From: an uncultured Limibaculum sp.
Lineage (GTDB): Bacteria; Pseudomonadota; Alphaproteobacteria; Rhodobacterales; Rhodobacteraceae
DNA: 48,886 nt
Direction of reading: 5' to 3'
Assembly: GCA_964467005.1 (NCBI GenBank)
Contig: CAYXPI010000002.1
Coordinates: 1-48,886 of the forward strand
In this document: positions 45,605 to 48,886 of the stretch, piece by piece
How positions within the stretch are numbered: position 1 is the first letter of the stretch
Layout: every line of letters begins with the position of its first letter
The notes under the pieces: generated by a model
Told to the model about the DNA's origin: nothing
Seen by the model: only the letters and a program-made list of their open reading frames with translations
Database searches by the model: none
Position numbers and translations under genes: made by a program

Positions 45605-47020
45605 TCAGGCGCGGGCGTAGACGTCCTCGTAGCGCACGATGTCGTCTTCGCCGAGATAGGCGCCGGACTGCACTTCGATCAGATGGAGATCGAGCTTTCC
45701 CGGGTTCTCCAGCCGATGAACGGCGCCGAGGGGAATGTAGACGCTTTCGTTCTCGGTGAGGAGCCGCACCTCCTCGCCCACGGTCACCTGGGCGGTGCCG
45801 GCCACCACCACCCAATGCTCGGCCCGGTGGTGGTGGGACTGGAGCGAGAGCCGCCCCCCGGGCTTCACCATGATCCGCTTCACCTGAAAGCGGTGCCCAT
45901 GGGCCACTCGTTCGTACCAGCCCCAGGGACGGTAGCAGCGGGGAAACTCGGTGGCCTCGGGCGCGTTCTCGGCCTTGAGCTGCGCCACCGCCGCGCGCAC
46001 CTCCTGCGCCCGGTCGAGATCGGCCACGAGCACCGCGTCGCCAGTGGCCACCGCCACCACGCCCGAGAGCCCGATGCCCACCACGCGCACATCCGGGTGG
46101 TCCGAGCGCAGGAGCGTGTCCTTGCAGTCGATCGCGAGGGCGCCGCCTCGGGTGGCGGTGCCGCTCGCATCGGGCCCGCTTTCGGCCCAGACCGTGCGCC
46201 AGGAGCCGAGATCGTTCCAGCCGCCCGAGAAGGGCACGACCCATCCCTCGGCCCGTTCCATGATCGCGTAGTCGATCGAGATGTCCGGCAACGCGCGGTA
46301 GGTCGCCTCCTCCGGGCGGAAGAAGCCCAGATCCTCCCGCCCCTCGGCAAGCGCCCGGGCGCAGCCGTCCCGAATCTCGGGCGCGTGGGCGTCGAAGGCG
46401 GCGAGCGCCGCGGCCGCGGTGAAGACAAACATCCCCGAGTTCCAGAGATAGCGCCCCGAGCGCAGCATTTCCTCGGCGCGTGCGGCGTCCGGCTTCTCGA
46501 CGAAGCGGAGGAAGGGCTGCGCCTCGGCGCCCGGCTTGGTCGCGAGCTCGATGTAGCCGAAGCCCGTCTCCGGCCGGTCCGGCGTGATCCCGAAGGTGAC
46601 GAGGTGGCTCGCGCGCGCGGCCTCTGCCGCCGTCGCGACCGCCTGATGAAAGGCCGGGACATCGGCGATGAGATGGTCCGACGGCAGCACGAGCATGATG
46701 GCGTCGGGGTCCTCCGCCGCCACTTCGAGGGCTGCGAGGCAGATGGCGGGCGCGGTGTTTCGCCCCTCGGGCTCGAGGAGGATGCGGCTCGCGGCGTGTC
46801 CGGCGTCCGAGAGCTGCTCGGCGGCGACGAAGCGAAACTCTTGGTGGGTGAGGAGGATTGGGTCCGCATAGCCCTGGCCGGCGAGGCGGTCGAGCGTGCG
46901 CTGAAACAGCGATCCGCCGTCGAGAAGCGGGCAAAACTGCTTGGGGTAGGATTTCCGCGAGGCCGGCCACAGGCGCGTTCCCGACCCGCCGCAGAGGATC
47001 ACCGGATAGATCATGCCCAT
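45605..47020 (-). CDS. manC: Mannose-1-phosphate guanylyltransferase / mannose-6-phosphate isomerase
   Basis: PVILCGGSGTRLWPASR..YPKQF, EPEGRNTAPA, FVEKPD, SIDYAIME, and C-terminal cupin RPWG...SLQSHHHRAEHW. Confidence 0.95.
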   Translation of the reverse strand: MGMIYPVILCGGSGTRLWPASRKSYPKQFCPLLDGGSLFQRTLDRLAGQGYADPILLTHQEFRFVAAEQLSDAGHAASRILLEPEGRNTAPAICLAALEVAAEDPDAIMLVLPSDHLIADVPAFHQAVATAAEAARASHLVTFGITPDRPETGFGYIELATKPGAEAQPFLRFVEKPDAARAEEMLRSGRYLWNSGMFVFTAAAALAAFDAHAPEIRDGCARALAEGREDLGFFRPEEATYRALPDISIDYAIMERAEGWVVPFSGGWNDLGSWRTVWAESGPDASGTATRGGALAIDCKDTLLRSDHPDVRVVGIGLSGVVAVATGDAVLVADLDRAQEVRAAVAQLKAENAPEATEFPRCYRPWGWYERVAHGHRFQVKRIMVKPGGRLSLQSHHHRAEHWVVVAGTAQVTVGEEVRLLTENESVYIPLGAVHRLENPGKLDLHLIEVQSGAYLGEDDIVRYEDVYARA

Positions 47021-47072
47021 GCTCTCGCCCTCCCCGCGCCGAACCCACGCGGGTCTCGATAGCGGAGCGGGG

Positions 47073-47384
47073 TCAGTGCGTCCAGTTTCCCCGCCGGGTG
47101 TGGGCGAAGTTGGAGGCGTAGCCCATGGGTCGGATGTTGGGCCGTCGGGGCTTGGCCTCCTCCACGACGAAAGGGATCCCGTGGCGCCGGGCGTACTCCA
47201 CCGCCGCGTCCTTGGTCTCGAAGCTCAGCCGGACCTGGCGGCGGGTGTCGCCCGAGGAGGTCCAGCCCATCAGCGGGTCGATCCGCCGGGGTTCGGCCGG
47301 CGCGAATTCCAGCACCCAGCCGCGGGCGTTTCCCTGGCCCGAGGTCATGGCGCTGCGCGCGGGCTGAAAGATGCGGGCTTGCAT
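47073..47384 (-). CDS. ETC complex I subunit (NDUFS4-like)
   Basis: MQARIFQPARSAMTSG...W.LEF...IDPLMGWTSSGDT..QVRL.F...YASNF; AAGGAGG RBS. Confidence 0.92.
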   Translation of the reverse strand: MQARIFQPARSAMTSGQGNARGWVLEFAPAEPRRIDPLMGWTSSGDTRRQVRLSFETKDAAVEYARRHGIPFVVEEAKPRRPNIRPMGYASNFAHTRRGNWTH

Positions 47385-47499
47385 GGGCGGCCTCCTTGGC
47401 ACGGCGCTCGAGGACTCCCGGGAGTCTGGTCGTCCGCGCATGGCGGCACAAGGGGGCGGGCCCCTCCGGCGGGGCGGCACGTCGTCGCTCAACCGCGGG

Positions 47500-47529
47500 C
47501 CAAACAGAAGAAGGCACCCCAAGGGGTGC
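47500..47529 (-). terminator. Rho-independent terminator of the candidate sRNA
   Basis: Hairpin at 47514-47529 followed by a pyrimidine/U-rich tail on the minus strand. Confidence 0.55.
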
Positions 47530-47632
47530 AATCAAAGTGTGGCAGTCTTTTCTGGGATCACGCCGCCGACCCGATGCAGGGAGCGAGGGTGGGGTGGGTG
47601 TCGCACCGAGCCGACGGCGATCTGCTGCTTGC
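47500..47632 (-). ncRNA. Candidate structured small RNA (about 130 nt)
   Basis: Sigma70-like promoter TTGACC-N17-CATAAA (47667-47639); 16-bp stem with several G-U pairs and a C-rich loop; then terminator GCACCC-CTTG-GGGTGC followed by CTTCTTCTGTTT. Confidence 0.55.
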
Positions 47633-47812
47633 CCATCTTTTATGCCCGCACGGCTGGCGCCGGTCAATGGTCAATGCCAAAAACTGCCCCCACTTTTTCA
47701 CGGTCTCACCACAGTTCCGCCGTGATCCAATTTTGCAGCGCACGCGGCGTGGATCGGCCATTGGACCGCGCGCGGCCACCGGTTATCTCTCTCGCGCAAA
47801 GGAGCGCCGCCG

Positions 47813-48886
47813 ATGGCCGACATCACGGATATTCTCGACAAGCTGCCGCCCAAACCCGCGCGTCCGGAAAAGCTCGAGGGCGGCAAGCGGCTGGTGATGC
47901 ACACGCCCTTCTCCCCCGCGGGCGATCAGCCCCGTGCCATCGATGAGCTCGCCGAGGGGGTGATGTCGGGTGAGCGGGATCAGGTTCTCCTCGGCGCCAC
48001 CGGCACCGGCAAGACCTTCACCATGGCCAAAGTGATCGAAGCCACGCAGCGGCCGGCTATCATTCTCGCGCCCAACAAGACGCTCGCCGCCCAGCTCTAC
48101 GGGGAGTTCAAGCATTTCTTTCCGGAGAATTCGGTTGAATACTTCGTATCCTATTATGATTATTATCAACCGGAGGCTTATGTCCCGCGCTCCGACACCT
48201 ATATCGAGAAGGAAGCGCAGATCAACGAGCAGATCGACCGGATGCGCCACGCCGCGACCCGGGCGCTGCTCGAGCGCGACGACGTGATCATCGTCGCCTC
48301 GGTCTCCTGCATCTACGGCATCGGCGCGGTCGAGACCTACGGGGCCATGACCCAGGATCTCAAGACCGGCCTGCCCTACGACCAGCAGACGATCATGCGC
48401 GAGCTCATCGCCCAGCAGTACCGGCGCAACGATGCCGGATTCCAGCGCGGCACGTTTCGCGTGAGGGGTGATTCGCTCGAGGTCTGGCCCGCGCACCTGG
48501 AAGACCGGGCCTGGCGCTTCTCGTTCTTCGGCGACGAGCTCGAGGGCATCGCCGAGTTCGATCCCCTGACCGGCGAGCGCACCGACCGGCTCGAGCGGGT
48601 GCGGATCTACGCCAACAGCCACTACGTGACCCCGCGGCCCACCCTCACCCAGGCGGTGAAGCAGATCCGACTTGAGCTCGCCCAGCGGCTCAAGCAGCTC
48701 GAAGGCGACGGCCGGCTCCTCGAGGCCCAGCGGCTCGAGCAGCGCACGCAATACGACCTCGAGATGATCGAGGCCACAGGCTCCTGCAACGGGATCGAAA
48801 ACTACTCCCGCTATCTCTCGGGCCGCCAGCCCGGCGAGCCGCCGCCCACGCTCTTCGAGTACATCCCGGACAACGCCATCGTCTTC
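47813..48886 (+). CDS. uvrB: Excinuclease ABC subunit B (partial, runs off the window)
   Basis: Manual translation: PAGDQPRAI, QVLLGATGTGKTFTMA, APNKTLAAQLYGEFK, EYFVSYYDYYQPEAYVP and GIENYSRYL; AAGGAG RBS. Confidence 0.97.
   Translation, partial: MADITDILDKLPPKPARPEKLEGGKRLVMHTPFSPAGDQPRAIDELAEGVMSGERDQVLLGATGTGKTFTMAKVIEATQRPAIILAPNKTLAAQLYGEFKHFFPENSVEYFVSYYDYYQPEAYVPRSDTYIEKEAQINEQIDRMRHAATRALLERDDVIIVASVSCIYGIGAVETYGAMTQDLKTGLPYDQQTIMRELIAQQYRRNDAGFQRGTFRVRGDSLEVWPAHLEDRAWRFSFFGDELEGIAEFDPLTGERTDRLERVRIYANSHYVTPRPTLTQAVKQIRLELAQRLKQLEGDGRLLEAQRLEQRTQYDLEMIEATGSCNGIENYSRYLSGRQPGEPPPTLFEYIPDNAIVF

Noticed and set aside
47532-47636. 34-codon minus-strand ORF inside the sRNA candidate
   Set aside because: The ATG lies only 2-3 nt from the predicted -10 element and has no RBS; RNA structure explains the region better.
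47710-47730. LexA box upstream of uvrB
   Set aside because: GTTC-CGCCGTG-ATCC does not match the alphaproteobacterial GTTC-N7-GTTC consensus.

Overview
GC-rich alphaproteobacterial chromosome segment; gene content and order suggest Rhodobacterales. Left edge: the N-terminus of a P4-type tyrosine integrase, then a duplicated 3' half of tRNA-Val(CAC), marking the att boundary of an island that lies left of the window. An accessory-looking block follows on the + strand: patatin-like lipase, conserved membrane protein, C45 Ntn-hydrolase, heme peroxidase, DUF2141, a V/A-type ATPase operon in the permuted order B-D-I-K-E-C-A, and a 1530-aa DUF4214/S8/8xPPC protease. The - strand carries an ActP-like solute-symporter operon with an uncharacterised signalling module (cNMP-CBS-nucleotidyltransferase, lone receiver, TM-PAS-pseudokinase-DEDDh exonuclease). 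It also carries a 1743-aa putative polymorphic toxin with a C-terminal PD-(D/E)xK nuclease and an overlapping candidate immunity gene, and a Pho-box-preceded metallophosphoesterase. Next come an ArnT-like/flippase pair and core genes: lpxK, waaA, DUF374, DUF4170, inositol monophosphatase/CysQ family, PmbA/TldD, MAPEG, manC and an ETC complex I subunit. A candidate structured sRNA and a partial uvrB close the window. All calls are from motif reading by eye; no database searches were run.
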